Assembly: GCF_009914755.1 (NCBI RefSeq)
Contig: NC_060931.1
Length of the DNA: 64,000 bases
Source of the DNA: the human T2T-CHM13v2.0 reference genome, Homo sapiens
Reading direction: 5' to 3' (one strand)
Of the stretch, positions 12,660 to 26,255 are shown piece after piece. The notes beneath the pieces are model-generated. The model did no database searches. It was not told the origin of the DNA and was given only the letters and a program-made list of their open reading frames with translations. Position numbers and translations under genes: made by a program. The stretch's first letter is position 1; every line of letters begins with the position of its first letter.

Positions 12660-14170
12660 TCCTATGAAGTGAGAACTGGAAGGGAATTTGAGGATAAGGT
12701 ATCCCCAGTTTCTCCCTGTAAGATGAAGGACTTAAGGCTTAGAGAAAGGAAACAAAGAGTCCAAGTTGTAAATAACTCAATGGCAGAGCCAGCATTTGGC
12801 TCAGTTTCTTAAGCATCACCCATTTCTATGCTCGTTCATTTATTCATCCATTTGTTCATACATTATTTCTTTCAATCCTTTTTAGTTTCTGTGGGTTTTA
12901 TTTTTCTTGTTATTTCTGTCAAGCATCAAGTATTTGTAAGGGCCTATTGTATGTGAAGAAGTGCTATGCTAAGTACTGGAGATACAGGTAAACATACATG
13001 ATCCCTGAACTCTCGAAGCTTAAAATCTTGTTGGAAGACAGGCATGCAGGCAGACAATTGAAATCTGATTGCACATGTACTAGAATAAATGGATGCTCTG
13101 ATGATAGCGAGATCATAGGGAGGCAACTCAAGTACAATGAAGGGAGTCAAGCTGAGCTTGATAAGGGGGGCATTTGGGATGGGACTGGGTGTGAGGCTGA
13201 GCTTGCCTGGAGGATATGGGCAGGGAAGGCACTCAGCAGAGCTGCAGACTGAGCACCGAGTCAGGGAAGGATGGGAGAGTTGGAGAGGGCATATCGTCTG
13301 TTCTTGGATACCACAGCCTGAGTACAGAGGCAGGGAAGGATGGGAGAGTTGGAGAAGGCACATTGTCTGTTCTTGAAGACCACAGCCCGAGGACAGAGGC
13401 ATGAAGGATAAGAGAGTTGGAGAAAGCACATTGTCTGTTCCTAGGGGGCACAGCCTGAGAGCACAGAGGCAGGAAGGATATGAGAGTCGGAGAAGGCACA
13501 CTGTCTCTTCCTGGAGGGCACAGCCTGAGAGCATAGAGGCAGGAAGGATGGGAGAGTCGGAGAAGGCATGTTGTCTGTTCCTGGAGACCACAGCCTGAGA
13601 CAGGAGAGACAGGGGTGGGACTGAAGATGGAGCTAGGACTCACCCACCTTGGAAAGGTCCTGCCTGCCGTTCTTCTGTCTTATGTTGGTACTGATAGGGA
13701 CTCAGGAAAGACTTTCAACAAGAAGATGACTGATCTAATTTCTGTGCAGAAAGGTCATTCTGCACAGAAATGGCCAATGGGCCAAAAAGAGGAGAGAGTA
13801 GAGGCAGGGACTCCAGGGGGGATGAGAGAATTCAGCAAATTCAGTGAAAATGAATGCCTGAACCGGGTCCTGGCATTGTGAGTGGGGAGGAGAGGCAAAC
13901 AGGAGGTAAGGAGGCACCTCTCTGGACTTGACGGTTGGTAACATTTGGGAAGAAAGAGTGGGAGGAAATTGGGATGCCACTTCATTTTCTGGCCTAACAA
14001 ATGAAGCGCATGGTGGTGCCGCTAATCGAGATAGGGAATTCAGAAGGAGTGCTTGTGGAGGGAGGTAGGAAGATGAGCTCATTCTCATATGCTAAATTTG
14101 AGGTACCTGTGGGTCAGGCAGAGGCAGGTGCCACCTGGAGCTTAGGAGAGAGAAATGGGATATAACAATG
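12660..14170. mobile_element. MIR (about 12660-12800) followed by L2 fragments (about 12835-14170)
   Basis: agatgaaggacttaaggcttagaga (MIR core); ttcatttattcatcc and tttgaggtacctgtggg (L2). Confidence 0.6.
13251..13600. repeat. Minisatellite, five diverged copies of a ~69-70 bp purine-rich unit
   Basis: Unit approx. gagcacagaggcaggaaggatgggagagttggagaaggcacattgtctgttcctggagaccacagcct, starting near 13251, 13320, 13389, 13459 and 13529. Confidence 0.92.
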
Positions 14171-14253
14171 GACTGGTAATGTAATCATGACCTTTGCAAA
14201 AACTTGGCTGTTTCGTCATATAAAATAGGAACTTAACTTTGGAGACTTAAAAT

Positions 14254-14552
14254 CTTTTTTCTTTTTTGAGAATGGGGGTCTTGCTCTGTTGTCCAGGCTG
14301 GAGTGGAGTGGTGTGATTATAGCTCACTGTATCTTCCACCTCCAGGGCTCAAGCCTTCCAAGTGGCTGGAACTACAGGTGTGCACAACCATGCCCAGGTA
14401 ATTAAATTTTTTTTTTTTTTTTTTTTTTTTTGGTAGAGATGGGGGTCTTGCTATGTTGCCAAGGCTGGTCTTGAACTCCTGGGTTCAAGCTGTCCTCCTG
14501 CCTTGGCCTCCCCAAATGTTGGGATTACAGGTGTGAGCCACTGCGCCCAGCC
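14254..14552 (-). mobile_element. AluJ
   Basis: Antisense dimer with J diagnostics and an expanded middle A tract. Confidence 0.9.
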
Positions 14553-14822
14553 TAAAATTTCTTAACCCACATATAAGTAGTCATCGATTATAAAAATAGG
14601 CTTTCAGCATGAAAATGATTTTTCCTGAAGTTGGAGAAATAGAAGAGGATTCTTGGCCTCATGTTCTTTCCAGTTCCCATGATCTTTCAAAATCAACTTT
14701 GGCTCACTACCCTGTTTCCTGATGTGCTTTGCCTGCTGGCTTGTTCTGCTGGCCCCTGTCTTCTGCCCATGGGCCTTGCTTTGACCTATCTTGGTCTCCA
14801 GCCTCCATGTTGTTCCATTTAC

Positions 14823-15770
14823 TGTGGCTGTGTAATACATTACCCCAAACTTAGTGGCTTAAAAAGCAACCATTTATATTGCTCATTGTATTAGTCCATT
14901 CTCACATTGCTATAAAGAAATACCTGAGAATGGGTAGGTAGTTTATAAATCAAGGAGGTCTAATTGGCTGACAGTTCTGCAGGCTGTGCAGAATGCATGA
15001 TGCCGGCATCTGCTTGGCCTCTTGGGAGGCCTCAGGAAACCTACAATCATGGCGGAAGGCAAAGGGAGAAGTAGGCATGTCTCGCGTGGCTGGAACAGGA
15101 GGAAGAGTGAGAGTGGGGAGGTGCTACACACTTTTAAATAACCAGATCTCCTGACAACTCTATCATGAGCACAGCTCTAGAGGGATGGTGTTAAACCATG
15201 AAAAACTGCCTTCCTGATCAAATCACCCACCACCAGACCCCACCTCCAACACTGGGGATTATAATTCAACATGAGATATGGGTGGGGACACAGATTCAAG
15301 CCATGTCACTCATGCGTGTGCAGTTTGTGCAGGTCTTGATGGGGATAGCTTGTATTTACTCCATTCACCATCAGTGAGGGCAGGTTGAAGACCAGAGCTG
15401 GAATCTTCAGAAGCCTCACTCACTCACTCACTCACTCTGGTAGTTGCTGCTGAATGTTGTCTGACACCTCAGCGGGGACTCTCAGATGGAACATACTTCA
15501 TGGGGACTTGGATTTAAAACAACATGGTCACTGGGCTCCAAGAGCACAGACAACTTGTGCTTGAGAGTGCGCATTGCCTTTTATGACCCTGCTCTGGAAG
15601 TCACCCAGCATCATTTCTCTTGGATTCTATTCATTGAGGCAGTTAAAGTCCCTTGTATCTTCAAGGTAAATAGACTTCCTCTCTCAATGGGGAAGGGTAA
15701 GATCCTAGAAGAGCCTGGGAGATATTTTTATTCTGTGGACACTTTTGAGAAATGTATTCTGCCACACATG
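14823..15770 (-). mobile_element. Old MLT1 (J/K-like) LTR split by MSTA
   Basis: taccccaaacttagtggcttaaaa before and gcattgccttttatgacc...ggaagtcac after the MST. Confidence 0.6.
14887..15308 (-). mobile_element. MSTA/MSTB solo LTR (MaLR)
   Basis: tgtattagtccattctcac...ccatgtca; exact TSD ctcat at 14882-14886 and 15309-15313. Confidence 0.9.
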
Positions 15771-16648
15771 TATTTATGGTGCAGTGATTCCCTGAGCCTG
15801 CACGCAGCCCTGCACCCCACCTCTCCTGGCCCTTGCTGCCTTCCTTCCTTCGTGCATTGCTGACCATGGTTCAGACTCACAGGATGAATGGGGCACAAGT
15901 CGTCCTTTTTCACAGTCTCCTGCCAAACAAACAAAGTGATCAAAGGTGACAGCATCAAATTGGCAGCCACTGGTGAGGAATACCAAAGCCAAGAAAAATG
16001 TCTGCAGAATCTGAACCTTCCAGACTTTCCTTTCTTGTCAGCAAAAACAGTTAGATTTAGGGACTTGTAGTCAGCAGTGAGATTTAAGATGTTTGGTTAC
16101 ACAAATAAAACACTACAGGTCTTCTTGGGTTAACCAGAACAAATTTATGATGGAGAAATTATGTTTTTTATTTTTAAAAGACTCTAAGATTGGCTAAAAT
16201 TCCTCTACCTGTAGGGCAATATTTTTCTTTTGAAAATTTGAATTTCTCATCAAGGTGAAAGGTAGTGTTGGTGACCTTGTTTATGATGGAGAAAGCTATA
16301 TATTTGCAAGGCAAAGTTCTTCCCGGGAAGTTATACTGTCCCTGACTTTTGTTGCAAAGCTGCTTTGATTTATCCATAAGCCTAACTTTCCCGACAGAAG
16401 GGATGATTAAACTGGCTGGCAATTGAAATATGATACAGGCTAGTTCTGATTGGGGGAAGCCACATGATTAGGCTTCTCCAGGAGGGCCTGGTGACCCTGG
16501 GCCAGATGTTTTGAGAAAAATTTATAGGATGAATGGAAAAACAAAGAAGATAGAAGGAAATGGGAAAAATAAATCCCTATTCTGAAATCACCAAAAGCCA
16601 GAGAGTTTGAAGGAAACTTTGAGATAAAAACAAATGGCTCACCAATAC

Positions 16649-16776
16649 TTTTTTTCTTTCTTTCTTTTTTTATAAAGTTTGCCCAGGCTGGTCCCAAACT
16701 CCTGGGTTCAAGTGATCCTCCTGCCTCAGGCTCCCCAAATGTTGGGATTACAGATTTGAGTCACCACGTACCGCCT
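16649..16776 (-). mobile_element. FLAM / Alu left-arm monomer
   Basis: Poly-T, then gcccaggctggtc...gggattacag. Confidence 0.8.
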
Positions 16777-17022
16777 CACCAATGCTTTTTAAAGTGCATA
16801 TGCAAAATATGTTATAAGGCAAATATATATTTGTAAAAAAAAAAAAGTCAAAGACTAGCTATGGAAACTCAAAAGTTAAGGTGGTGATTGTAGAAGGATG
16901 GGTAGTTAAGTGAATGCATTCATCTGGCAAACTTGGTTGAGCACTGGTAACCTTACAACGTCCTGTGGATGGAGTTGGAAAGGCAGTTCTTACCCCTTAT
17001 ACATTCATTGTCTTGTAGGGGA

Positions 17023-17496
17023 GTGTGGTTGGCTGAAGAATGCTCCCCAAAGATATTCATGTCCTAATCCCTGGACTTGTCAATGTTACCTTATATAGCA
17101 AAAGAGCATTTGCAGATGTAATTAAGTGATGGGTCTTGAGTTGGAGAGATTAGCCTGGATCATCTGGGTGAGCCCTAACTGCAATCACAAGTGTCCTTTT
17201 AAGAGGGAGGCAGAGAGAGACTTGGCTACAGAAGAAGAAGGCCATGTGATGCTTGAAGCAAGATGCTGCACTGCTGGGCTTTGAAGATGAAGGAAGAGGC
17301 CACGAGTCAAAGGGGGCAAAGAGCATGGCTCTGGAAGTTGGAAACAAGAGCCTGGCCCTGCTGGCACCTTGGTTTTTAGCCTAGTGAAACCCAGTTTAGA
17401 CTTCTGACCTCCAGATTTATAAGATAATAAATTTGTGTTGTTTTAAGCAAAAAGTTTGTGATAATTTGTTATAGCAGCCATAGGAAGCTAATACAG
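17023..17496 (+). mobile_element. MLT1D-like LTR
   Basis: tgtggttggctgaagaatg...ttgcagatgtaattaag...gcagccataggaagctaataca. Confidence 0.85.
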
Positions 17497-18509
17497 AGAT
17501 TTAGACTTAGTAGATATCTGTATCTGCTAAGATGTAATTTTAAGCTATGTCCAACTGCCTTTCTGAAAATTTTTATCACTGAACTTATGATAAATAAAAA
17601 ATTTTTACTGTTTATTTCTTTGGCTTTAGGATTTGTTCAGTAGTCAAACATCAAATACCCTGGGTATAGAATTTTGGCCTCTTTGTCAATGCTCTTGCTA
17701 GAAGATTTTAATAATGGTATGGAGAAGGAGAGGAGAGTTTGAAGAGGCCCCTTTAAGATACTTCTTCATTTTAAGATATGTATGAGGTCATACGATTATT
17801 TTTTAAAAAGTAGACAGATTAAAATGTAGGCATCCAAACAAATTTTATTCCTGTCAAATGTCCATGTGGGATGTTGTGTAATAACTTTAATGGTATTGCC
17901 GTGGCTTAGAAATAAGTTAGATATTTTTCCTCTTAGAGCCTTTGAATATCCTCTGTGGTGTCAACTCCATCATCCAATGGAGAATCTGATTTCCTATATA
18001 AACATGAATTTTCTCCAAAATCCAGTGATTACGTGGAGTATGATACTGACTATTACTATTTTGACTAAAGACAAACTACTTCACACATACAAACAAATCC
18101 CTACCCCAAATTTTGTGACTGGAATAAAGACAGAGTTTCATTTCCATGTGTCTCTGTTTGCATGTGTGATCTTTCACTGAAATCAGGTCATTTTATGCTA
18201 TAAGGAGCTTTTTATTTTTTGTCTCACTAAAAAAGTAATGTGCCAATTAAACAACATAATTCTTTACTAGAAATTTTGTATTTATTGAAAGACATATTTT
18301 AGCCTTACTTAGACAAATTTAAAAAATTATCACTCTGTGCAGGTCTGAAAAATAAAAAAGTAAAATTGGTTAGGATAGTCCTGAGATGTCTTCTCATCCA
18401 GTATCTGATGCTTTAGAATCATTTTTTGACTTAGTGTCACTAATATCCAGGGCTGCAAACACGGTAATGTCCTCTATGCCCTGAAGAGCATCAGTAAAGA
18501 TGGATTCTA

Positions 18510-18827
<318 letters not shown>

Positions 18828-19161
18828 CTAGAAGGACTGCTCCTCTTGATTCTCCTAGATTTTCTTCAAGTCTCTCTCACTGCTGGTGCATGTTTTGAGG
18901 TTGGTTGCTCCTTCTCCGATGATGAATATTTGCTTTGCTAATATCACATTTATTTCTGGCTGCTCTGCTTCCACGCCTTTCTGAGTACCCAATAGCGTTC
19001 TGTTTAATGTGGAACCATGTCACTTTTTCTTAAGGTAGTAATTTTTTAGTCAATAGACTATTTTTCAGAGGATTTTTAGGTTTATAGAAAAGTTGAGCAG
19101 GACGTACACAGAGTTCCTGTGTCCTCCCATCCTCCCACCTGTCATCTTTTTGAAGACATTT

Positions 19162-19911
19162 TGTAATCACCCAGTGGATTCCTCTTGCATGCTGCACAGA
19201 CAAAATCAATTCACTGAGACCATGGCATTGCAGTAAAGAAAGTTGAATTGGTGTGAGGCTGGCCCATGTGGGAGAACTGGAGTTAGTACTCAAATTAGTC
19301 TCCCTGAAGGCTGGGGTATGGTTTCTCAAGGATAATTTGGTGAGCAGGGGTCTAGGGAATGGGGAGTGATGACTGGTTGGGGAGGAAATCACAGGGGTGT
19401 GGAAAACAGTCCTCGGGTGCTGAGTCTGCCTCTGGGTGGGACCGCAGGACAGGTTGTCATGAGTCTCAGGTTCAGGTGGAGGCAGCCAGTCTTCAGGAAT
19501 GCACAAGTCTGAAAAAAAAAAATCTCAAAGGCCAATCTTAGATTCTATAATAGTAATGTTATCTACAGGAGTAATTGGGGAAGTTACAAATTGTGTGACC
19601 AATTGTGTTACAAATCTTGTGACCTCAGAACAATGGCTGGTTATCTCTTAACTACACCTACCTCTTAGCAGAATTCAAGCCCCTCTTATAATCCGAACCT
19701 TGTGGCCTTTCATTAGTTTCAGAAAGGTGATTTCATTTTGGGGAGGGCTATTATCATCCTTGCCTTAAGATTAAACTATAAACTAAATTTCTCCCAAAGT
19801 TAGCTTGGCCTGTATGCAGGAATGACCAAGAATAGCTTGGAGGTCAGAAGCAAGATGGAGTCAACTATGTCAAATTTCTCTTACTGTCATAATTTTGCAA
19901 AGGTGGTTTCA
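19162..19911 (-). mobile_element. LTR8A/B solo LTR, full length
   Basis: Reverse complement begins tgaaaccacctttgcaaaattatgacagtaagag and ends gtgattaca. Confidence 0.88.
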
Positions 19912-20034
19912 TTTTATTAGGAATTAAACTCAACACGTGGTACAGACATTGCATGCTATCAACAGAAGTGAATACAGGGTGAAGTTAGGGTTTACACACC
20001 CACAAACCCCAATGACAACCATGGTGTGACCATC

Positions 20035-20449
20035 TGTCTCAGTCCCTTTGTGCTCCTATAGCAGAACACCTTAGTCTGGATAATTTATACAGAAGAGAAA
20101 TTTATTTCTCATAGTTCTGCAGCCTGGGAGGTCCATGATCAAGGCACCAGCAGACTTGGCCTCTGTTGCTTCACAAAGCTTACTCTTTTCATAGATGGAG
20201 CCTCTTGCTGTCTGCTTACCTGGAGGAAGGGCCAGAGAGGGGCAGACGCTGTGTGCTCACATGGAGAAGAGATGGACGGGCCAGACAGCTCCCTGAAGCC
20301 TCTTTTTAAAGAGCATTCATCTCATTCCTGAGAGTGGAGTCCTCATGGCCTAATGACTTTTCAAAGGCCCTCCTCTTAATGTAATCACTTCTGGGGTTAA
20401 GTTCCAACATATGAATTTTGGAGGAACATGTACATTCATACCATTGCAC
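20035..20449 (-). mobile_element. MaLR LTR (MSTC/MSTD/MLT1A-like)
   Basis: tgtctcagtcc...aatttatttctcatagttctg...atgaattttggaggaac...accattgca. Confidence 0.8.
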
Positions 20450-22049
20450 CATTCCTCAGCTGACAGTGATTGCAGGACTATAAGACACCCTGATTTCAGA
20501 GATGTTAAGATGTGAAAAAAATACGCCTTTTGGAATCCCTAAAGTTTATCACCTTTGTTTAAGGTTGCACAGTTTTAAATCCATGTATAATATTTTTGTG
20601 AGCTGTCTACTGCACTGTTGCTATTTCCATGTTATGAATAAATTGCAGCTTAGAAAGGGTAAGGGATTTTCTCAAGGTCAAACACATTCAAGGACATTGG
20701 CCCTTGGCCCAGAGTCAGTAAGGCAATCAGCCTATTTTTGTTTTCTTTTTGTGGCAATAGGATGTAATACAGCAGGCTCTTTATAGTAGTTTTTATTTCC
20801 TTTAGAACCAGATAGACCTGACATAATAGTTTTTGAGAAACAAAACCATGTGTATACATATTTACTATAGGAAGACAAATACTCTCGTTTGCGTTCAGTG
20901 TTGATTCCTGCATGGTTGATAAGCATCAAGAAAGCATTTATGCATGCTCAGTGGAATAGAAGAGAATCTCTACATATTCTGTTTCGCATTTTCCAATGGT
21001 AATTGACTTTTTAGAGGACCGAAGATGATTCTGTTTCCTTCCTTTCCTCTCTCCTACTTGTGCATTTATCCTCAAATGTTAGCCCCAATGGGAATGAATC
21101 CCAGTTTTTTAAAGGTCTTTAAAACACTTTCATTTAAAAACCTCATTTGCAGGGACTATTGATTTAATTAGCCTGAGGTCATTTGTTGGATTACCAGTGT
21201 CTCCATGTTCTCTTCTGGAAGTAGAGAAGTGGGAATTGTGGTGGAAGGAGAGATTATTAGTTTAGCTCCGTGAACAATTCAGTTAAGGTCTCCTGGTGAT
21301 GGCTACTCTGTTTTTCTGTCTGGATTCAACCAGTATGGTCCACTATTTGCCTGACTGCTACAGAAGCCACTTAAATTATTGATAAGCACAGAAATCTATG
21401 AAATTTAGAAAAGATGGCATCACAGGATAGGATACTGTTTAGCCAGTGAGTTGATCATTTTGGCTTCAAAAGCGAAAATGAAATCACAAAGGTATGATTT
21501 TCATGGGGGGCAGGAGGAGCTGCTGGTATTTGTTCTCTTATTTCTACTCAAGCATCTATAGAGACTGTATCTGACATGATGGTGGAGACTGGAGAGACAA
21601 GCATGAAAAACACAGGATTCCTGCTCCTGGCATGCTTGCCCATTAGTAGCAGAGGCAGATTAACAACAAATGGAGTTAGTCCAAATAGCAGGGTGTAGAG
21701 GGTGGTGCGGGCACCCTGAGGAGAGTGTATCCCAGCCTGGGTAGATAACCTTATGCATCAAACTGAGGAATTCTCTTGGTAGCAGGTGCCTGGGAAGAGC
21801 ATCTATAGGGCAGGACTTTGGGAGATTGGGGATGGGGCTTTCCTTAAGACCTGACCAAGACTCCAGATTCCCCTCTCTCATGAATTCATCATTGACATGC
21901 TGGTCTCCAGGAGCCTTCCCCTTTTCTAAATTATTAATCTTAAAATTTGCTTCACATGTGTTTTCTTTGTTGCCAGACATTTCCTTTCCCCTCATTTTTA
22001 TAATTTCCACGTGAAATTGTTAATTATACTGATATAGAAGTATTTTCTA

Positions 22050-22296
<247 letters not shown>

Positions 22297-22653
22297 GAGT
22301 ATTGGAGGAGGGGTCTGTAGTTTTGAAAGACACTTTCCTGGAGACAGATGCATTGAGGAGGTTGATGATTACATGAGGAATGTCCCTACTCTTTCAGGAC
22401 TAAAGATACTTTTTACCATCTCATCCCAGGACCCTTCTATTTATGCTTTTTTGATTGGGTGGATAGGAAAACAATTTCTAGCTCTGCTAATGTTACAGGA
22501 TCCCAGAGAGTTGAGCCTCCATTAATATGGTAGACATTCTTATACTTTGATGAGCTACTCCATGGTCATATGTATGTAATATGTGATTGGTTTTGTTCAC
22601 TTATTCAAACATTTATTAAGCACTTATTTAAAATCAAGACTGTAGTTTCTGGA

Positions 22654-22956
22654 ATTTTTTTTTTTTTTTTTTTTTGAGACAGAGTCTCACTCTGTTGACT
22701 AGGCTGGAGTGCAATGGCGTGATGTTGGCTCACTGCAACCTCTGCCTCCCAGGTTCAAGTGATTCTCTTGCCTAAGCCTCCCAAATAGCTGGGATTACAG
22801 GTGCCTGCCACTATGCCTGGCTAAGTTTTGTATTTTTAGTAGAGATGGGGTTTCAGCATGTTAGTCAGGCTGGTCGTGAACTCCTGGCTTCAGGTGATCC
22901 AGCCACCTTGGCCTTCCAAAGTGCTGGGATCACAGGCGTGAGCCACTGTGCCTGAC
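22654..22956 (-). mobile_element. AluS
   Basis: Antisense full dimer; tctggaa on both flanks. Confidence 0.95.
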
Positions 22957-23344
22957 ATCTGGAAGATTTTAATTAGAAAATTGAGACTAAAGTCTTTCTC
23001 TTATTCACTTAAATCTCTGCAGCGCTGATAGTTAGAAATATGATCTCTTATAACTTTATTCATTTATGATTTAAACTCTATTGTGGATTCTGTTCCACCA
23101 CTCTTAGCTGGATCTCACTGTAACCTCTCTGCTGCCTGTTTCTCTCAGGCTTCTTTCTCTACCTTTTCCTTAATGCTTATACCTCTGGTCCTTTTCTCTA
23201 CTTACCAGTCCTCTCTTTGTATGATTGTCTCCTTGCCTGCTCAAGGGTTGCATCCCACCTATCCCTGTATAAGGAAAATTGACCCAACAGATTATTATCA
23301 AGAAGGGGCTTGACAATGTTTTTCATAAGGCCCAGGTGAAAGAA

Positions 23345-24768
23345 CAGAAGTCTATATGCAGAAAAATAAAACTACCTTTCACCCTATACAAAAATCAACT
23401 CAAAATGAATTAGGCTGCTCTGCTTTTACTTTCTTAATAAACTTGCTTTCACTTTACTCTATGGATTCACCTTGAATTCTTTCTTGCGTGAGATCCAAGA
23501 ACTCTCTCTTGGGAAAAAAACGTGAATTGAAGATGTACATGTAAGACCTGAAACTATAAAACTACTAGAAGAAAACATAGGGAAAATGCTTCAGGATGTT
23601 GGTCTGGAAAAAGATTTTATGAATAAGACCTCAAAAGCACAGGCAACAAAAATAAAAATGGGATTACATTAAACTAAAAAGATTTGGCACATAAAAGACA
23701 CCTACAGATTGGGAGAAAATATTTGCAAACTATTCATCCAAAAGCTGGGGGGACGGGAGTCAATATTGAGAATACAGAAATAACTCAAATGTCTCAACAG
23801 CAAAAAAAAAAAAAAAAAAATGGGCAAATTTTCTGAATAGATGTTTTTCAAAAGAAGACAACAAATGGCCAAGAAATGTATGAAAAAATGTTCAACATCA
23901 CTAATCCTCAGGAAAATGCAAATCAAAACCATCATGAGGTATCATTTTATCCAAGTTAGGATAACTATTAAAAAAAAGACAAAATAACAAATGCTAACAA
24001 GGATATGGAGAAAAAGGGAACTCTTATACACTGTTGGTGGGAATGTAAACTAGTATAGCCACTATGGAAAACGGTATGGAGATTGCTCAAAAAACTAAAA
24101 ATAGAACTACCGTATGCTCCAACAATCCCATTACTGGGCATTTATCCAAAGGAAAGGAAATCAGTCCATCGAAGAGACACCTGCACCCCCATGTTTATTG
24201 CAGTGCTGTTCACAAAAGCTAAGATGTGGAATGAACCTAGGTGTCCAACAACAGATGAATGGGTAAAGAAAATGTGGTATATATACACAATGAAATACTA
24301 AGCCATAAAAAGAACAAAATTCTATCATTTGTGGCACTAAGCACGAAACTGGAGGACATTATGTTAAGTAAAATATGCTAGGAATAGAAAGTTAAATACC
24401 ACATGTTCTCACTCATATGTGGAAGCTAAAAACAAGTGGATCTCATAGAAGTAAGAAGAAGTAGAACAGAGAGCACTAGAGGCTGGGGAGGGTAGGGGGA
24501 AGTGGGGGTTAGGGAGAGATTTGTTAAAGCATGCAAAATTACAGCTAAATATGAGGAATTTCTAGTGTTCTATACCACTGTAGGATGACTACAGTTAATA
24601 ATATACGATATAGTTTCAAATGGCTAGAAGGAGGATATTGAATGCTCCCAACATAATAAATATTTGCAGTGATGGATATGCTACATTACCCTGATCTGAT
24701 CACTATACATATATGTATTAACACTACCCCCTAAATATGTATAATTATTATATGTCAATTTGAAAAAG
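23345..24768 (+). mobile_element. L1MA-type 3' fragment (end of ORF2 plus 3'UTR)
   Basis: ORF 24083-24301 [20 protein letters not shown]...CTPMFIA is the L1 ORF2p C-terminus. Confidence 0.9.
23413..23520 (+). mobile_element. MER41 LTR 3' fragment with short A tail, inserted in L1
   Basis: ggctgctctg...ttcttaataaacttgctttcactttactctatgga...gagatccaagaac...cttggg followed by A7. Confidence 0.75.
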
Positions 24769-25824
24769 AACAGAGGATATTAGGTCCTCAGAGAAACTTT
24801 CTTGAGCTAAGAAGAGTGGGAGGAGTAATACCTTGTTTTCAAGTAAGGTGTTAGTTAAGAGCAATCACTTATATACTACTTTAAGTAGATAGAGTGTTAG
24901 GATATGTGTCTGGGAATAGGATGGGGTAAACACAGGGGCCCCAGGAGGAAGGGAAGATGAGAAGGTGCTGGTGCATAGTTCCTGTCTTTGTTTTGCAGAA
25001 CGCCTGTTCCATTGGCTGCTGCCAACTCCGACATATCCCCAACCGTCACCTCTCACCATCATACTGATTAAAATAGTATTAGCTTTATAGATCCCCAAAG
25101 GAAGGAAACATTAAAGTGGGTGGCTTAGGCAGAAAAAGTGGAGAAACTCTTGGTGAATCAAATCACAAGTCTGGGCTGAAAATCACATAGAGCTTTTTTT
25201 GTTAGGGCACAGATCCACGATTGATCCAGCACTGTTTCTGAATGTGCTTATTTCCCCCTGCTCAGGATCTTCCAGGGTAGATGCAATGTAACTCAAATAA
25301 TTAATGGCTGTGTAAAAATATCATGACCATTTGATTTTTATAACCAAGCCTGTATGTAGGAAGAGCCATTGTTATGGTTTCACTTTATGGATGAAGAAAC
25401 CCAGGAGAAAGAGGTTAAGAAATGTGCCTGAGGTTACCAGTTCGTGACAAATATGTGTCACTTAAACCTCAGCTCCAAGAATCTAGACAATTTTAGTTTC
25501 TTAAGAAGCAGTAGAGTGGGATAGGGCTGAAAAGTATTGAAGAAAAGCCATCCCCTGGGTCTCAGCATCATGCAGCTGCTTTCTTATGAGTTATTTCTCT
25601 TAAACTAAGAGGGTCAACTTGCTGATCAGGCAGTAATTTCTGGCTGTACTTAGTGGGACGATGCAACCTAGGAGGGCTCCTCTCAGCTTGTAGGATGGCT
25701 TGGACGCTTGACAGCTGTTATTGCTGCTGTTCTTCCTACCTGGGGCGAAGTTGACATTGAAGCTTTCAGCCTGAATTAGCTGTAGCCAAGACAACTTAAG
25801 GGACTTGTATTCTCTAAAGCCTCC

Positions 25825-26255
25825 AGCTGGGAAGGTTCTTACTATAACAAAATACTGCAAGCTTCGTGGCTTAAAACAACAGACATTGATTCTCTTATAG
25901 TTCTGGGGGCCAGCAGTGTGGGCTCAAGGTTGCAGCAGGGTCATGCTCTGGCCCCTTTTAGCATCTGGTGTTGCTGGTAATCCTCGCTGTCTCTTGGCTG
26001 GTAGATGCATCACTCCAGTCTCAGCCTCTGTTGTCACAGTTTTCTTTCCTGTGTATTTGTCTCTGCCTCCAATTGTCTCTCTCCTTATGAGGACACTAGT
26101 CAGGCGGGCTTAGGGCCCACCTAATCCAGTATGCTCTCATTTTAGCTTGATGACATCTGCAAACCCTAGTTCCAAATGAGGTCACATTCATAGGTGATGG
26201 GGAGAAGTTTAGGATGTCAACGTATCGTTCTGGAGGACACAATTTAACTCACAAT
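25825..26255 (-). mobile_element. MLT1B/C LTR; a further MLT1 piece lies at about 26440-26620
   Basis: gtggcttaaaacaacag...gatgcatcactccagtctc...ttccaaatgaggtcacattc. Confidence 0.8.

Noticed and set aside
12944-13591. 215-aa ORF with internal repeats
   Set aside because: Explained by the minisatellite and L2; composition is not protein-like.
13251-13600. Regularly spaced repeats resembling a CRISPR array
   Set aside because: Whole units are homologous with no unique spacers, there are no cas genes, and the DNA is primate.
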